From the NCBI GenBank assembly GCA_900234795.1, contig LT962688.1, forward strand, positions 3,270,001-3,302,000: 32,000 bases of DNA, in the 5' to 3' direction. Positions within the stretch are counted from its first letter, which is position 1. The number at the start of each line of letters is the position of its first letter. The notes beneath the pieces were generated by a model. That model was not told the origin of the DNA and did not search any database. It worked only from the letters and a program-made list of their open reading frames with translations. Of the stretch, positions 1-10,434 are shown piece after piece. This DNA is from Methylorubrum extorquens. GTDB taxonomy: Bacteria; Pseudomonadota; Alphaproteobacteria; Rhizobiales; Beijerinckiaceae. The position numbers and the translations under genes were made by a program.

Positions 1-1
1 G

Positions 2-691
2 CGCCCGCTCAGCCGAGATCACCGAATGCCCGGCCAGCGGATGATGCCCGGAATAGGCCAGGAACAGCCCGGCGGTGGCGAGCTGGCGGCAGGTCATCGC
101 GATGGCGCAGTGATGGAAGTAGACGCCCAGCGTGTAATCGACCGGATTCTCGATCACATCGAAGGAGCGCATGTAGTTGGCGAGCGCCGCGTTGCGGAAG
201 CCCGTGCGCTTCTCGGAGGCCGCCACGCGCTCGTCGATCGTGATGCTGTCGTCCTGCGCCACGAACTGCATGAAGCGCAGGATCTCGCCCAACGCCTCCC
301 GCGGCTGATGGCCCGACAGGATCAGGTCGGTAACCGCGATGGCGCCGGCATTGATGAACGGATTGCGCGGGATGCCGTGCTCCCGCTCCAACTGCACGAT
401 GGAGTTGAACGGGCTGCCCGAGGGCTCGCGGCCGACCCGGCGCCAGAGCCGGTCGCCGACCATGCCGAGGGCCAGCGTCAGGGTGAAGACCTTGGAGATG
501 CTCTGGATCGAGAAGGGGGTGTCGGCATCCCCCCCGGCCGCGACCCGCCCGTCGCCGTCGATCACGACGAGGCCGAAGCCTTGAGCGTCGACGCGGGCCA
601 GTTCGGGGATGTAGCTCGCCACCGCGCCGCGATCGGGGCGGGCCCGCATCTCCGCGGCGATGTCTTTGACGATACTGTCGAGATCGGGCAC
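2..691 (-). CDS. glsA: glutaminase, N-terminal ~230 codons (C-terminus lies beyond the left window edge)
   Basis: Absent from the ORF track because it runs off the window edge. Minus-strand translation from GTG at 691 reads [70 protein letters not shown], the glutaminase S-x-x-K family signature. An in-frame stop at 704-706 bounds the start. Confidence 0.85.
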   Translation of the reverse strand, partial: MPDLDSIVKDIAAEMRARPDRGAVASYIPELARVDAQGFGLVVIDGDGRVAAGGDADTPFSIQSISKVFTLTLALGMVGDRLWRRVGREPSGSPFNSIVQLEREHGIPRNPFINAGAIAVTDLILSGHQPREALGEILRFMQFVAQDDSITIDERVAASEKRTGFRNAALANYMRSFDVIENPVDYTLGVYFHHCAIAMTCRQLATAGLFLAYSGHHPLAGHSVISAERA

Positions 692-777
692 GGCGTCGCT
701 CGGCTACGGCGCTTCACGGCAAGCGCGGACGCGGCCGGCCCTTCACGAAGCGGGCCAGGATAGCGGGGCCGACTGGA

Positions 778-1143
<366 letters not shown>

Positions 1144-1149
1144 TCAGTC

Positions 1150-1165
1150 AGCCATTTATGTACCA
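1150..1165 (-). promoter_or_regulatory. candidate sigma-54 (-24/-12) promoter for glnB
   Basis: The minus strand reads TGGTAC-ATAAA-TGGCT. The GG and GC dinucleotides are spaced as in the consensus TGGCAC-N5-TTGCA. The element lies about 33 nt upstream of the glnB ATG in an unusually AT-rich stretch. This is a single-site match only. Confidence 0.3.
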
Positions 1166-1300
1166 TCGCCGCCGCGTGACCGCCACGGCGATTTGGATGA
1201 CGGGACCGGGAAGTTGCGCACGGAATATGCAAACAAAGCGGAATATGTAGGCAATTCCGCCAAAAACGATGAATTTAAAGGCATAGGTTGAGCCAGTTGC

Positions 1301-2824
1301 ATGCATGAGCCGGTGAAATCCCCCCAAGCCTCGCATCGGCTGCTCACCGTTGAGGCGATGCGCCGGGTTGATGCCGCCGCGATCGCCGGCGGCACGCCGG
1401 GCCTGACGCTGATGGAGGCGGCGGGCGCCGCCGTCGCCGCGCATGCCCGCGCCATGGCACCGGAGCGTGGCCGGGTGCTCGTGCTGTGCGGCCCCGGCAA
1501 CAATGGCGGCGACGGGTTCGTGGCCGCCCGCCTGCTGAATGAGTCCGGCTACCACGTCGATCTGCGTCTGCTCGGCGAGCGCGCCGCGCTCAAGGGCGAT
1601 GCCGCCCTCGCCGCCGAGGCCTGGACCGGCCCGGTGGGTACCGTGGAGGCCGCGATTCCGGCGGCCGACCTCATCATCGATGCCGTGTTCGGCGCCGGCC
1701 TCTGCCGCGATCTGGAAGGGGCAGCCCGTACCCTCGTGGAAGCGGTGAACCGCTCGGGCATCCCCGTGCTGGCCGTGGATGTGCCGAGCGGCATCGACGG
1801 CGATAGCGGCGCGGTGCGCGGGCTCGCGGTCGAGGCGACCGAGACGGTGACCTTCGTCGCGCCGAAGCCCGGCCACCTGCTCGAGCCCGGCCGGACCCAT
1901 TGCGGCGTACTGCATGTCGCCGATATCGGCACGGGCGAGGCCGCTTTCGCCGCCGGGGTCGCCGGAGAGACCCGCGCGCTGTATCGCAACGCGCCCGGCC
2001 TGTGGGCGCTGCCGCGGCTCACCGCCGGCAGCCACAAATACACCCGCGGCCATGCCCTGGTGTTGTCGGGCCCCGCCTATCGCACTGGCGCGGCCCGGCT
2101 CGCTGCCCGCGGCGCGCTGCGGGTCGGTGCGGGGCTCGTCACCATGGCTTCACCCGCCTCGGCGCTGGCGGAGAACGCCGCCCAGCTCACCGCGATCATG
2201 CTGCGCCCGTGCGAGAATGCCGACGACCTCGATGACATGCTCGCCGACGAGCGGCTGAACGCGCTGCTGCTCGGCCCCGGCCTCGGGACCGGCCCGGCGA
2301 CCTGCGACCTCGTCGCGGTGGCGGCCAATGCCGGGCGCGCCCTGGTGCTCGACGCCGACGCGCTCACGAGCTTCCGCAGCGAGGTGCGCACCCTCGCCCG
2401 CCACATCCGCGACGGCGAGGCACGGGCCGTGCTCACCCCGCACGAGGGAGAGTTCACGCGGCTGTTCTCCGGCACGGAGGCCGTGGCGGAGGGGCTGACG
2501 AAGGTCGAGCGGGCCGCGCGGGCGGCGGAGATCGCCGGGGCGGTCGTGGTGCTGAAGGGCGCCGACACGGTGATCGCGGCCCCGGACGGGCGCGCGGCGA
2601 TCAACGACCACGGCACGCCGCATCTCGGCACCGCCGGCTCCGGCGACGTGCTCGGCGGCCTCGTCGCCGGGTTGCTGGCGCAGGGCATGGACCCGTTCGA
2701 CGCCGCCTGCGCCGCCGTGTGGCTGCACGGCGATGCGGGCCTGCGCTTCGGGCCGGGGCTGATCTCCGAGGATCTGCCGGAGATGGTTCCGGCGGTTCTG
2801 CGCGACCTCGCCGGTCGCGCCTGA
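1301..2824 (+). CDS. nnr: bifunctional NAD(P)H-hydrate repair enzyme (YjeF N-terminal epimerase + C-terminal ADP-dependent dehydratase)
   Basis: 507-aa ORF. The N-terminal half has VLVLCGPGNNGGDGFVAARLL (YjeF_N). The C-terminal half has HKYTRGHALVLSG..GSGDVLGG (carbohydrate-kinase-like dehydratase). Confidence 0.9.
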   Translation: MHEPVKSPQASHRLLTVEAMRRVDAAAIAGGTPGLTLMEAAGAAVAAHARAMAPERGRVLVLCGPGNNGGDGFVAARLLNESGYHVDLRLLGERAALKGDAALAAEAWTGPVGTVEAAIPAADLIIDAVFGAGLCRDLEGAARTLVEAVNRSGIPVLAVDVPSGIDGDSGAVRGLAVEATETVTFVAPKPGHLLEPGRTHCGVLHVADIGTGEAAFAAGVAGETRALYRNAPGLWALPRLTAGSHKYTRGHALVLSGPAYRTGAARLAARGALRVGAGLVTMASPASALAENAAQLTAIMLRPCENADDLDDMLADERLNALLLGPGLGTGPATCDLVAVAANAGRALVLDADALTSFRSEVRTLARHIRDGEARAVLTPHEGEFTRLFSGTEAVAEGLTKVERAARAAEIAGAVVVLKGADTVIAAPDGRAAINDHGTPHLGTAGSGDVLGGLVAGLLAQGMDPFDAACAAVWLHGDAGLRFGPGLISEDLPEMVPAVLRDLAGRA

Positions 2825-2834
2825 CCCGCTCCCG

Positions 2835-4238
2835 CTATCCGGCTGCGACCGAAGCGTTCTTCCGGCCATAAAGCGCGTAGAACACCAATCCGAGGACGTT
2901 CCAGACGGCGAACCAGAGTTGGGTCTTCGCGGGCAGGCTGAAGAACAGATAGCCGCAGCCCAAAATCGTGATCGCCCCGATGAGCCACGGGGCCGGGGCG
3001 CGGAAGGTGCGGGGAGCATCCGGCGCACGGGCGCGCATCACCAGCATGCAGGCCGCGACGGCAATGAACGCCGCGAGCGTCCCGGCATTGGCGAGTGCAG
3101 CGAGCTCCCCCAGCGGGACGAGCCCGGCGAGCACGGTCACCACGGCCGCCGTGAAGAGGGTGATCCGAACCGGCGTTCCGGCGGAGGAGAGTTTCGCCAG
3201 GCTCTGCGGCAGCATCCCGTCGCGGGCCATGGTGAAGAAGATCCGGCTCTGGCCGTAGAAAAAGGCGAGGATGACGGTGGGCAACGCGATCACCGCCGAG
3301 GCCGCGAGATACTGCGCCACCAGCGGCCGGCCGAGTTCGCGCAGGATCAGCGCCAGCGGCTCCGGACTGTCGGCAAAGCGCGTGTAGGACAGGGCCCCCA
3401 CCGCGGTGACCGCGACCGCAACGTAGATCACGACGCAGGCCGCCATCGATCCGACGATGCCGATGATCAGGTCGCGCCCTGGGTTGCGCGTCTCCTCCGC
3501 CGCGGTGGCGATGGCGTCGAAGCCGTAGAAGGCGAAGAAGATGATCGCCGCCGCCGCCATGATGCCGCGCTCGACCCCGTCGGCGCCCAGGCTCTTCACG
3601 AAGCCGAACGGGTTGAACGGTTCAAGATGGGCGGCGTCGAAGGCGGGCACCGCGAAGACCACGAAGACGATCAACGCGGCGATCTTCACCAGCACCAGCG
3701 CGGCATTGACTGTGGCGCTCTCCCGCGTGCCGCGCAGGAGCAGCACGGCGACGACGACGATGATCGCGACCGCGGGGAGGTTGACGATCCCGCCCGCATC
3801 CGGCCCCCGCATCAGCGCCCTGGGGAACCCGAACAGGTTCTCCAGCAGCGGCGCGGCATAGCCGGACCAGCCGACCGCCACCGCGCTGACGACGAGCGAG
3901 TATTCGAGTATCAGGCTCCAGCCGATGACCCAGGCGAGGATCTCGCCGAGCACGACATAGGTGTAGGTATAGGCGCTGCCCGAGACCGGGATCATCGTCG
4001 CCATTTCGGCATAGGCGAGCGCTGCGCAGGCGCAGATCGCGCCGGCAATGGCGAAGGACAGGATCACGGCGGGCCCGGCCTTGGCCGCCCCGACGCCGAT
4101 GAGCGTGAGGATGCCGGTTCCGACGATCGCGCCGACACCGAGGGCCATGAGATGCGGCCAGCCGAGCGTTCGTGCCAGCCGACGCTCTTCACCGGGCTCC
4201 AGTTGCAAGGGCTTACGGCGAAGAAGGCTGGACGTCAT
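2835..4238 (-). CDS. APC-family amino acid permease
   Basis: Polytopic membrane ORF with GVGAIVGTGILTLIG..FAIAGAICACAALAYAEMATMIPVSGSAYTY. I chose the start at ATG 4238 (MTSSLLRRK) because AGGAG lies 5 nt upstream. The track's longer start at 4292 has no such site. Confidence 0.85.
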   Translation of the reverse strand: MTSSLLRRKPLQLEPGEERRLARTLGWPHLMALGVGAIVGTGILTLIGVGAAKAGPAVILSFAIAGAICACAALAYAEMATMIPVSGSAYTYTYVVLGEILAWVIGWSLILEYSLVVSAVAVGWSGYAAPLLENLFGFPRALMRGPDAGGIVNLPAVAIIVVVAVLLLRGTRESATVNAALVLVKIAALIVFVVFAVPAFDAAHLEPFNPFGFVKSLGADGVERGIMAAAAIIFFAFYGFDAIATAAEETRNPGRDLIIGIVGSMAACVVIYVAVAVTAVGALSYTRFADSPEPLALILRELGRPLVAQYLAASAVIALPTVILAFFYGQSRIFFTMARDGMLPQSLAKLSSAGTPVRITLFTAAVVTVLAGLVPLGELAALANAGTLAAFIAVAACMLVMRARAPDAPRTFRAPAPWLIGAITILGCGYLFFSLPAKTQLWFAVWNVLGLVFYALYGRKNASVAAG

Positions 4239-4376
4239 TCGGGCTCCTGTCACGCGGTTGTCCGAGAGCATAGGGCAGCGTGACCGTCGCACCCTCGCGC
4301 AAGCGTCGCCGAATGCGCCAGCCCTCGGCCCGGCTTCTTCGTTTCAAACGCGCCGACAGTTCTACAATTTTTGCGG

Positions 4377-4416
4377 GCATCGCCCCGAAAGGTGGTTGCC
4401 GGCTTTCGGGCGATGC
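4377..4416 (-). repeat. palindromic intergenic repeat, copy A (inverted orientation relative to copies B-E)
   Basis: GCATCGCCCCGAAAGGTGGTTGCCGGCTTTCGGGCGATGC. The arms GCATCGCCCCGAAAG and CTTTCGGGCGATGC can pair. It shares the core CCGG..ACCNCCTTTCGGG-NN-GATGC (reverse complement) with the other copies. Confidence 0.8.
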
Positions 4417-4467
4417 CGGCGCGACGGCTCAGAGCCTCGTTCCGGATCCGAACTCCGGGATGATGCC

Positions 4468-5616
4468 TTAGGGCGCGAGGCTCACCCGGTCCGCCGCCAG
4501 CGCCTCGGCGCGCTTGCGCTCGTCGGGGTTGAGACCGGCGGTCGCTTGATCGAGGCCGGCATCGGCGCGGCCCTGCGAGGCTGCGGTGAGGTTCCAGGCC
4601 GCCGCCTCGACCAGATTCTTGGGCACGCCGCGGCCGGCGACGTAGAGCTTGGCGATCCGGTTCTGGGCGATGGCGTTGCCGCGCTGGGCCGCATGCAGGA
4701 AGTAGCGGGCCGCGCGGGTCTCGTCCTTGGGAACGCCGTCGCCGTTGAACAGCCGGATCGCGAACTCGACCTCGGCACCGAGATCGCCGTTGTCGGCGGC
4801 GCGGCGAAACCATTGCGCCGCCTGGGTCGTGTCCTTGGAGACGCCCTTGCCCTGGAGGTAGAGCACGCCCAGCGCGTATTGCGCGGCGGGGATCTCGGCC
4901 TCGGCCGCCGCCCGGAAATTGGCCAGGGCCGCTGCTAGATCCGCCGGCTTGTCGCTCGCGAGCTGGATCAGGGCGAGATTGTAGCAGGCGCTGGGCTGTC
5001 CCTTGCGGGCCGCCTGTTCGAGCCAGGTCCGGCCAGCCTTCTCGTCCTTGGGTTGCCCGCGCCCATCCATCGCCATCAGGCCGAGGGAGGCCATGGCGTT
5101 GGGATCGTTCTGCACGGCCGCCAGCCGGTACCATTCATGGGCGCGTTTAGGGTCCGGCTTGACCCCGAGGCCCTGGTTGTAGAGTTCGCCGAGCAGCGTC
5201 ATCGCCGCGGCGTCCTTCGGATTCGCCTCGATCCGCTTGGTCGCCTCGCGGAAGGCGGTGACGTAGCGACCGCGCTGATACGCCCCATAAGCCGCGTCCG
5301 CATTCGGGTTCGCCGTCGTGGGCTGCGCCCCCTGGACGTTGGCCGAGTAGGGCGAGGGCAGCTCACGCTTGAGGTCGAACAGGTTCGGCTTGGCCGGCGT
5401 CTGCCCGACAGGCTCCTTCGGGGCGGGCTGCTTCGGGGCTGCGTGCGGAGCGCCGATGTCGAGCGCGAGGACGGCGCAGGCGCTCAGGACCGCGAGGGAC
5501 AGGGTTCCCGTTTGGCGTGCGGCCTTCCCCCTGCGCCCACGCGCCCTTCCCTCCCCCCACAGAGGGAAGAGGGCTTTGAAGGTCACCGCCACGGTCCCGT
5601 CTTCAAAAAAAATCAT
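4468..5616 (-). CDS. Sel1/TPR-like repeat protein, probably exported
   Basis: Repeated A..WY..AA.QG...A...LG..Y..G.GV.KD motifs (Sel1 repeats). A hydrophobic signal-like segment LSLAVLSACAVLALD is present. I chose the start at ATG 5616, which overlaps the upstream stop as ATGA. The exact start is uncertain. Confidence 0.75.
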   Translation of the reverse strand: MIFFEDGTVAVTFKALFPLWGEGRARGRRGKAARQTGTLSLAVLSACAVLALDIGAPHAAPKQPAPKEPVGQTPAKPNLFDLKRELPSPYSANVQGAQPTTANPNADAAYGAYQRGRYVTAFREATKRIEANPKDAAAMTLLGELYNQGLGVKPDPKRAHEWYRLAAVQNDPNAMASLGLMAMDGRGQPKDEKAGRTWLEQAARKGQPSACYNLALIQLASDKPADLAAALANFRAAAEAEIPAAQYALGVLYLQGKGVSKDTTQAAQWFRRAADNGDLGAEVEFAIRLFNGDGVPKDETRAARYFLHAAQRGNAIAQNRIAKLYVAGRGVPKNLVEAAAWNLTAASQGRADAGLDQATAGLNPDERKRAEALAADRVSLAP

Positions 5617-6281
5617 CGTGCCCGGTCGAGCTGCGCCTGTGCGGCCCTGACCCCTTCGGGATCGTCGAGCCACAGGGCGCTTTCCAGCCCGACGAATTCG
5701 GAACCGGTCAGGACGAGCGCCGCGACATCCTCGGCGGAGGTCGCCACCGCGATGCAGGGCGTCTCAAAGATCTCGGCCCACCACGCCGCGCGCTCGCGCA
5801 CCTCCTCGGCATCGGGGGCGACACCGTCGGGGAAGAGGCCGCCGACCATCAGGTAATCGACGCCGGTCTCGCCCGCGACCATCGCCGCGTTGCGCGAGCC
5901 GAGCACGCCGCCCGTCCCGAGGATGCGCCCGTCACGCAGGCGCCCGCGCAGATCGCGCAGCGCCTCTTCGTCCGCACGGTCGAGATGCACCCCATCGGCC
6001 CCGCCGCGAGCCGCGACGGAGACGATATCGCCGGTAAAGCCCGGCACGGAGACGAGCACCGCCGCGCCACGCTCCTGCGCCGGGGGGGCCAGCCGCTTGA
6101 CGAGGGCGACGAGGCTGCGCTCGTCGGACGCCGCCAGCCGCAGGATCACCGCCGCGACATCCCCCGCAGCGCAGGCGGCATCGAGCGCCCGCGCGGTCGC
6201 CTCGGCCTCGGACGCGCCGAGACCATAGGGGGTGAGGAGGGCGAGGCGGGGCCGGGGCGCGGCCGACTCTGATTCAGCCAT
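5613..6281 (-). CDS. thiamine-phosphate synthase family (ThiE-like) protein
   Basis: 222-aa ORF with a TIM-barrel-like pattern (GADGVHL...VDYLMVGGLFP...). It occupies the position downstream of fba where alphaproteobacteria commonly carry a ThiE-like gene. The assignment is weaker than for its neighbours. Confidence 0.6.
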   Translation of the reverse strand: MAESESAAPRPRLALLTPYGLGASEAEATARALDAACAAGDVAAVILRLAASDERSLVALVKRLAPPAQERGAAVLVSVPGFTGDIVSVAARGGADGVHLDRADEEALRDLRGRLRDGRILGTGGVLGSRNAAMVAGETGVDYLMVGGLFPDGVAPDAEEVRERAAWWAEIFETPCIAVATSAEDVAALVLTGSEFVGLESALWLDDPEGVRAAQAQLDRAR

Positions 6282-6287
6282 GACGGA

Positions 6288-7355
6288 TCAGGCGTCGATC
6301 TTCGGGTCGAGCGAGCCGTTGGCGTAGCGCTTCGCCATCTCGGCCACCGAGATCGGGCGGATCTTCGAGCCCTGACCGGCGGTGTTGAACTCCTCGAAGC
6401 GCTGGCGGCACAGCTTGGTCATCGCCTCCATGGCGGGCTTCAGGTACTTGCGCGGATCGAACTCGGAGGGGTTCTCGGTCAGCACCTTACGGATCTGACC
6501 GGTCATCGCCATGCGGTTGTCGGTGTCGATGTTGATCTTGCGCACGCCATGCTTGATGCCGCGCTGGATCTCTTCGACCGGCACGCCCCAAGTCGGCTTC
6601 ATCTCGCCGCCGTACTGGTTGATGATGTCCTGAAGGTCCTGCGGCACCGAGGAGGAGCCGTGCATGACGAGGTGAGTCGTCGGCAGGCGGCGGTGGATCT
6701 CCTCGATCACGCCCATGGCGAGCACGTCGCCGTCGGGCTTGCGCGTGAACTTGTAGGCGCCGTGGCTGGTGCCCATGGCCACCGCCAGCGCATCGACCTT
6801 GGTGGCGGTCACGAACTTCACCGCCTCGTCCGGATCGGTCAGGAGCTGGTCGTGGGAGAGCACGCCTTCCGCGCCGTGGCCGTCCTCGGCCTCGCCCTGG
6901 CCGCTCTCCAGCGAGCCGAGCACGCCGAGTTCGCCCTCGACCGAGACGCCGGCCCAGTGGGCCATCTTGGTGACGTTGCGGGTGATCTCGACGTTGTAAT
7001 TGTAGTCCGCCGGGGTCTTGCCGTCGGCTTTCAGCGAACCGTCCATCATCACCGAGGTGAAGCCGTACTGGATCGCGGTGGCACAGGTGGCTTCGTTGTT
7101 GCCGTGGTCGAGATGCATGCAGACGGGGATGTGCGGGTAGATCTCGACGAGGCCGTCGATGAGCTTGGCCAGCACCACGTCGTTGGCATAGGCGCGGGCA
7201 CCCCGGCTCGCCTGGAGGATCACCGGCGAGTCGGTGGCATCCGCCGCCGCCATGATGGCGAGCCCCTGCTCCATGTTGTTCAGGTTGAACGCGGGCACGC
7301 CGTAGCCGTACTCGGCGGCGTGATCGAGGAGCTGCCGGAGGGTGATGCGTGCCAT
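6288..7355 (-). CDS. fba: class II fructose-bisphosphate aldolase
   Basis: [44 protein letters not shown].. is class II FBA. ATG 7355 is preceded by GAGGA. The track's 712-aa ORF is an artefactual N-terminal extension that runs across pgk. Confidence 0.95.
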   Translation of the reverse strand: MARITLRQLLDHAAEYGYGVPAFNLNNMEQGLAIMAAADATDSPVILQASRGARAYANDVVLAKLIDGLVEIYPHIPVCMHLDHGNNEATCATAIQYGFTSVMMDGSLKADGKTPADYNYNVEITRNVTKMAHWAGVSVEGELGVLGSLESGQGEAEDGHGAEGVLSHDQLLTDPDEAVKFVTATKVDALAVAMGTSHGAYKFTRKPDGDVLAMGVIEEIHRRLPTTHLVMHGSSSVPQDLQDIINQYGGEMKPTWGVPVEEIQRGIKHGVRKINIDTDNRMAMTGQIRKVLTENPSEFDPRKYLKPAMEAMTKLCRQRFEEFNTAGQGSKIRPISVAEMAKRYANGSLDPKIDA

Positions 7356-7507
7356 GGTTCGATCCTCGTGCGATGCGGCCTCAGCCGGGCCTGTCCCTTG
7401 CTGCGGCCTATATAGGTGAGCCAGTGCCGCCAGCCTGCGGCCCGGCGCTGAAAAATGCGCGCGTTTGTCGCCACCGCCGCCCGCGTTGCGGTGCGGCCGA
7501 TCCGGCC

Positions 7508-8710
7508 TCAGCCCTGCGCGCGCAGCGCCTCGACGCCGGGCAGTTCCTTGCCCTCCAGCCATTCGAGGAAGGCGCCGCCCGCGGTGGAGACGTAGGAGAA
7601 GTCCTCGCCCACGCCCGCATGGTTGAGGGCCGCCACCGTGTCGCCGCCGCCGGCGACGCTGACGAGCTGGCCGGCCTTGGTCCGCCGGGCGGCATGCTGG
7701 GCGACCGCGACCGTGCCGGTGTCGAACGGCGTCAGCTCGAAGGCGCCGAGCGGGCCGTTCCAGACCAGCGTCCGGGCTTCCTCGATGGCGCCGTCGATCG
7801 TGGCGATCGAGGAGGCGCCGACATCGAGGATCATCGCGTCGGAGGGCACGGCATCGACCGGAACGGTCTCGTTCTCGGCATTGGCCTTGAACTCGCGGGC
7901 CACCAGCGCATCGACCGGTAGGATGATGGTGCAGTTCTTCTCCTTGGCCGCGGCGAGGATGCGCTTGGCGGTCTCGGCGAGATCCTTCTCGCAGAGCGAC
8001 TTGCCGACATCCTTGCCCTGCGCGTGCAGGAAGGTGTTGGCCATGCCGCCGCCGATCACCAGCATGTCGACCTTGGCGACGAGGTTTTCGAGCAGGTCGA
8101 TCTTGGTCGAGACCTTGGCGCCGCCGACGATGGCGATGACCGGGCGGGCCGGAGCCTCGAGACCCTTGGTCAGGGCATCGAGTTCGGCCTGCATCAGGCG
8201 GCCGGCATAGGCCGGCAGCAGGCGGGCGAGCGCTTCGGTCGAGGCGTGCGCACGGTGGGCGGCGGAGAACGCCTCGTTGACGTAGATGTCGCCATTGGCA
8301 GCCAGCGCCTTGGCGAAGTCGGGATCGTTCTTCTCCTCGCCCGCGTGGTAGCGGGTGTTTTCGAGGAGGATCACGTCGCCGTCCTTGAGCGCCGCAACGG
8401 CTGAAGCAGCGGCCTCGCCGACGCAATCCTCACCGAACGCCACCGGCCGCCCGAGCTTCTCCGACAGCGTCGAGAGGATGGGCTTGAGCGAGTCCTTCGG
8501 GTCCGGCTTGCCCTTGGGGCGGCCGAAATGCGCCAGCAGGATCACCCGCCCGCCCGCATCGGCGATCTCGCGGATCGTCGGCACGACGCGCTCGATCCGG
8601 GTCGCGTCGGTGACGCGTCCGCCCTCCATCGGCACGTTGAGATCGACGCGCAGCAGCACGCGCTTGCCCTGGAGCGGGCCGGCATCGTCGAGGGTGCGGA
8701 AATCCGTCAT
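7508..8710 (-). CDS. pgk: phosphoglycerate kinase
   Basis: 400-aa ORF with [18 protein letters not shown] and [14 protein letters not shown] motifs. Confidence 0.97.
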   Translation of the reverse strand: MTDFRTLDDAGPLQGKRVLLRVDLNVPMEGGRVTDATRIERVVPTIREIADAGGRVILLAHFGRPKGKPDPKDSLKPILSTLSEKLGRPVAFGEDCVGEAAASAVAALKDGDVILLENTRYHAGEEKNDPDFAKALAANGDIYVNEAFSAAHRAHASTEALARLLPAYAGRLMQAELDALTKGLEAPARPVIAIVGGAKVSTKIDLLENLVAKVDMLVIGGGMANTFLHAQGKDVGKSLCEKDLAETAKRILAAAKEKNCTIILPVDALVAREFKANAENETVPVDAVPSDAMILDVGASSIATIDGAIEEARTLVWNGPLGAFELTPFDTGTVAVAQHAARRTKAGQLVSVAGGGDTVAALNHAGVGEDFSYVSTAGGAFLEWLEGKELPGVEALRAQG

Positions 8711-8725
8711 GGCGGCGTCTGATTT

Positions 8726-9232
8726 CTACGGGTTGGAGGCAGAAGGATTGGCGGGCGTCGTCTGGCTCTGGCCGCCGAGGCTGTGCGGCAGCATCCGGTC
8801 AAGGTTCATCCGCTGCACGGCGACCATCAGCGCGACGGTGAGCACGGCGGTGATGATGGCGGTGAGAACGAGGGCGCCGGTGCCGGGCAGGCGGCCGACC
8901 CGGTCGGACAGGGTGCGGACCTCGCTGCGCAGCGACGAGAGGTCGACCTGCCGGGCGGCATCGTTCATCCGGGTCGAGGCCGACTCGACCTTCTCCTCGA
9001 CGCGCGAGAGAAGCGCCTCGGAGCGGGCGTACTTGTCCTCGATGCGCGCGGTCTTGTCCTCGATGCGGGCGAGTTGGTCGGCGTGGTTGACGGCGCCGGA
9101 GGCGGGCAGCGCGGCCTTGCCGGTGCTCGGTGGCGCGACTGCGGGCGTCACGGCGGCGGGCGGCGCGGAGGAGGAAGCGGGAGCGGGGATGAAGTCGGTC
9201 CCGGAAGGCTTGGCCGGCGAGGTCTCGGTCAT
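8726..9232 (-). CDS. hypothetical tail-anchored coiled-coil membrane protein
   Basis: ORF between gap and pgk. It has a Pro/Ala-rich N-terminus, a heptad-like ARIEDKTARIEDKYARSE segment and a C-terminal TM helix ALVLTAIITAVLTVALMVAV. I chose the start at ATG 9232 (MTETSPAK); 9307 is also possible. Confidence 0.55.
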   Translation of the reverse strand: MTETSPAKPSGTDFIPAPASSSAPPAAVTPAVAPPSTGKAALPASGAVNHADQLARIEDKTARIEDKYARSEALLSRVEEKVESASTRMNDAARQVDLSSLRSEVRTLSDRVGRLPGTGALVLTAIITAVLTVALMVAVQRMNLDRMLPHSLGGQSQTTPANPSASNP

Positions 9233-9374
9233 CGCGTACGCACCTTGAAGCTTCGGCGAGCCGGGCTCGCCTGAGTGTCTCTCACGAAACGTCCGCTTCA
9301 CCGTCACGGCAGACGAGAGGCGGTCAGTCAGCGAGAGTTACGTGAGGGACTCTATGGGAACTCGAAGACAATCG

Positions 9375-9405
9375 GGGGCGGCCGGCCCGAACGGCCGGCC
9401 GCCCC
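9375..9405 (-). terminator. GC-rich hairpin downstream of gap (terminator candidate)
   Basis: 13-bp perfect stem GGGGCGGCCGGCC/GGCCGGCCGCCCC with a 5-nt loop, about 20 nt after the gap stop. The trailing sequence is only weakly U-rich. Confidence 0.4.
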
Positions 9406-9426
9406 TCGTCAGGCGTAGCTAGCGCG

Positions 9427-10434
9427 TCAGATCAGCTTGGCCATGGCCACGGCGGTGTCGGCCATGCGGTTCGAGAAGCCCCACTCGTTGTCGTACCAGG
9501 ACAGGATGCGCACAAAGGTGCCGTCCATGACCTTGGTCTGGTCGAGGTGGAAGGTGGACGAGTGCGGATCGTGGTTGAAGTCGATCGACACGTTCGGCCG
9601 GTCGGTGACGCCGAGCACGCCCTTGAGCGGGCCGGCGGCGGCCGCCTTGATCGCGTCGTTGATCTCCTGGACCGAGGTCGCGCGCTTGGCCGTGAACACG
9701 AGATCGACCGCCGAGACGTTCGGGGTCGGCACGCGGATCGCGGTGCCGTCGAGCTTGCCCTTCAGCTCCGGCAGGACGAGGCCGACGGCCTTGGCCGCGC
9801 CGGTCGAGGTCGGGATCATCGAGAGCGCCGCGGCGCGGGCCCGATAGAGATCCTTGTGCATCTGGTCGAGCGACGGCTGGTCGTTGGTGTAGGAGTGGAT
9901 CGTGGTCATGAAACCGCGCTCGATCCCCACCGTGTCGTTCAGCACCTGTGCCACCGGCGCAAGGCAGTTCGTGGTGCAGGAGGCGTTGGACACGACGAGG
10001 TGCTCGCCCGTGAGCTTGTCGTGGTTCACGCCGTACACGACCGTGAGGTCGGCGCCGTCGGCGGGCGCCGAGACGAGCACGCGCTTGGCGCCGGCGTCGA
10101 GATGGGCCTTCGCCTTGTCCTTCGAGGTGAAGATGCCGGTGCATTCCAGCGCGATGTCGACACCGAGCTCGCGGTGCGGCAGCTCGGCCGGGTTGCGCAC
10201 GGCGGTGACGCGGATGCGCTTGCCGTTGATGACGATGTCGTCGCCCTCGACCGCGACCTCGGCCGGGAAGCGGCCATGGACGGAATCGTAGCGCAGCAGG
10301 TGGGCGTTGGTCTCGACCGGGCCGAGATCGTTGATCGCGACGACCTCGATATCGGTGCGGCCGGCTTCGACGATGGCGCGCAGCACGTTACGGCCGATGC
10401 GCCCAAACCCGTTGATGGCAACCTTGACGGTCAC
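9427..10434 (-). CDS. gap: type I glyceraldehyde-3-phosphate dehydrogenase
   Basis: [41 protein letters not shown] start at 10434 with AAGGAG 7 nt upstream. The track's 513-aa ORF is an upstream extension. Confidence 0.95.
   Translation of the reverse strand: MTVKVAINGFGRIGRNVLRAIVEAGRTDIEVVAINDLGPVETNAHLLRYDSVHGRFPAEVAVEGDDIVINGKRIRVTAVRNPAELPHRELGVDIALECTGIFTSKDKAKAHLDAGAKRVLVSAPADGADLTVVYGVNHDKLTGEHLVVSNASCTTNCLAPVAQVLNDTVGIERGFMTTIHSYTNDQPSLDQMHKDLYRARAAALSMIPTSTGAAKAVGLVLPELKGKLDGTAIRVPTPNVSAVDLVFTAKRATSVQEINDAIKAAAAGPLKGVLGVTDRPNVSIDFNHDPHSSTFHLDQTKVMDGTFVRILSWYDNEWGFSNRMADTAVAMAKLI

Noticed and set aside
7353-7375. GGTTCGATCC, a tRNA T-arm-like string
   Set aside because: The flanking bases cannot form a T stem, acceptor stem or anticodon arm. 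The sequence is the reverse complement of the fba ribosome-binding region (GAGGATCGAACCATG).
6288-8426. 712-aa ORF spanning fba and most of pgk
   Set aside because: The N-terminal 357 residues are Arg/Gly-rich and overlap the genuine pgk frame. The real aldolase begins at ATG 7355 ([10 protein letters not shown]) and has a GAGGA ribosome-binding site.
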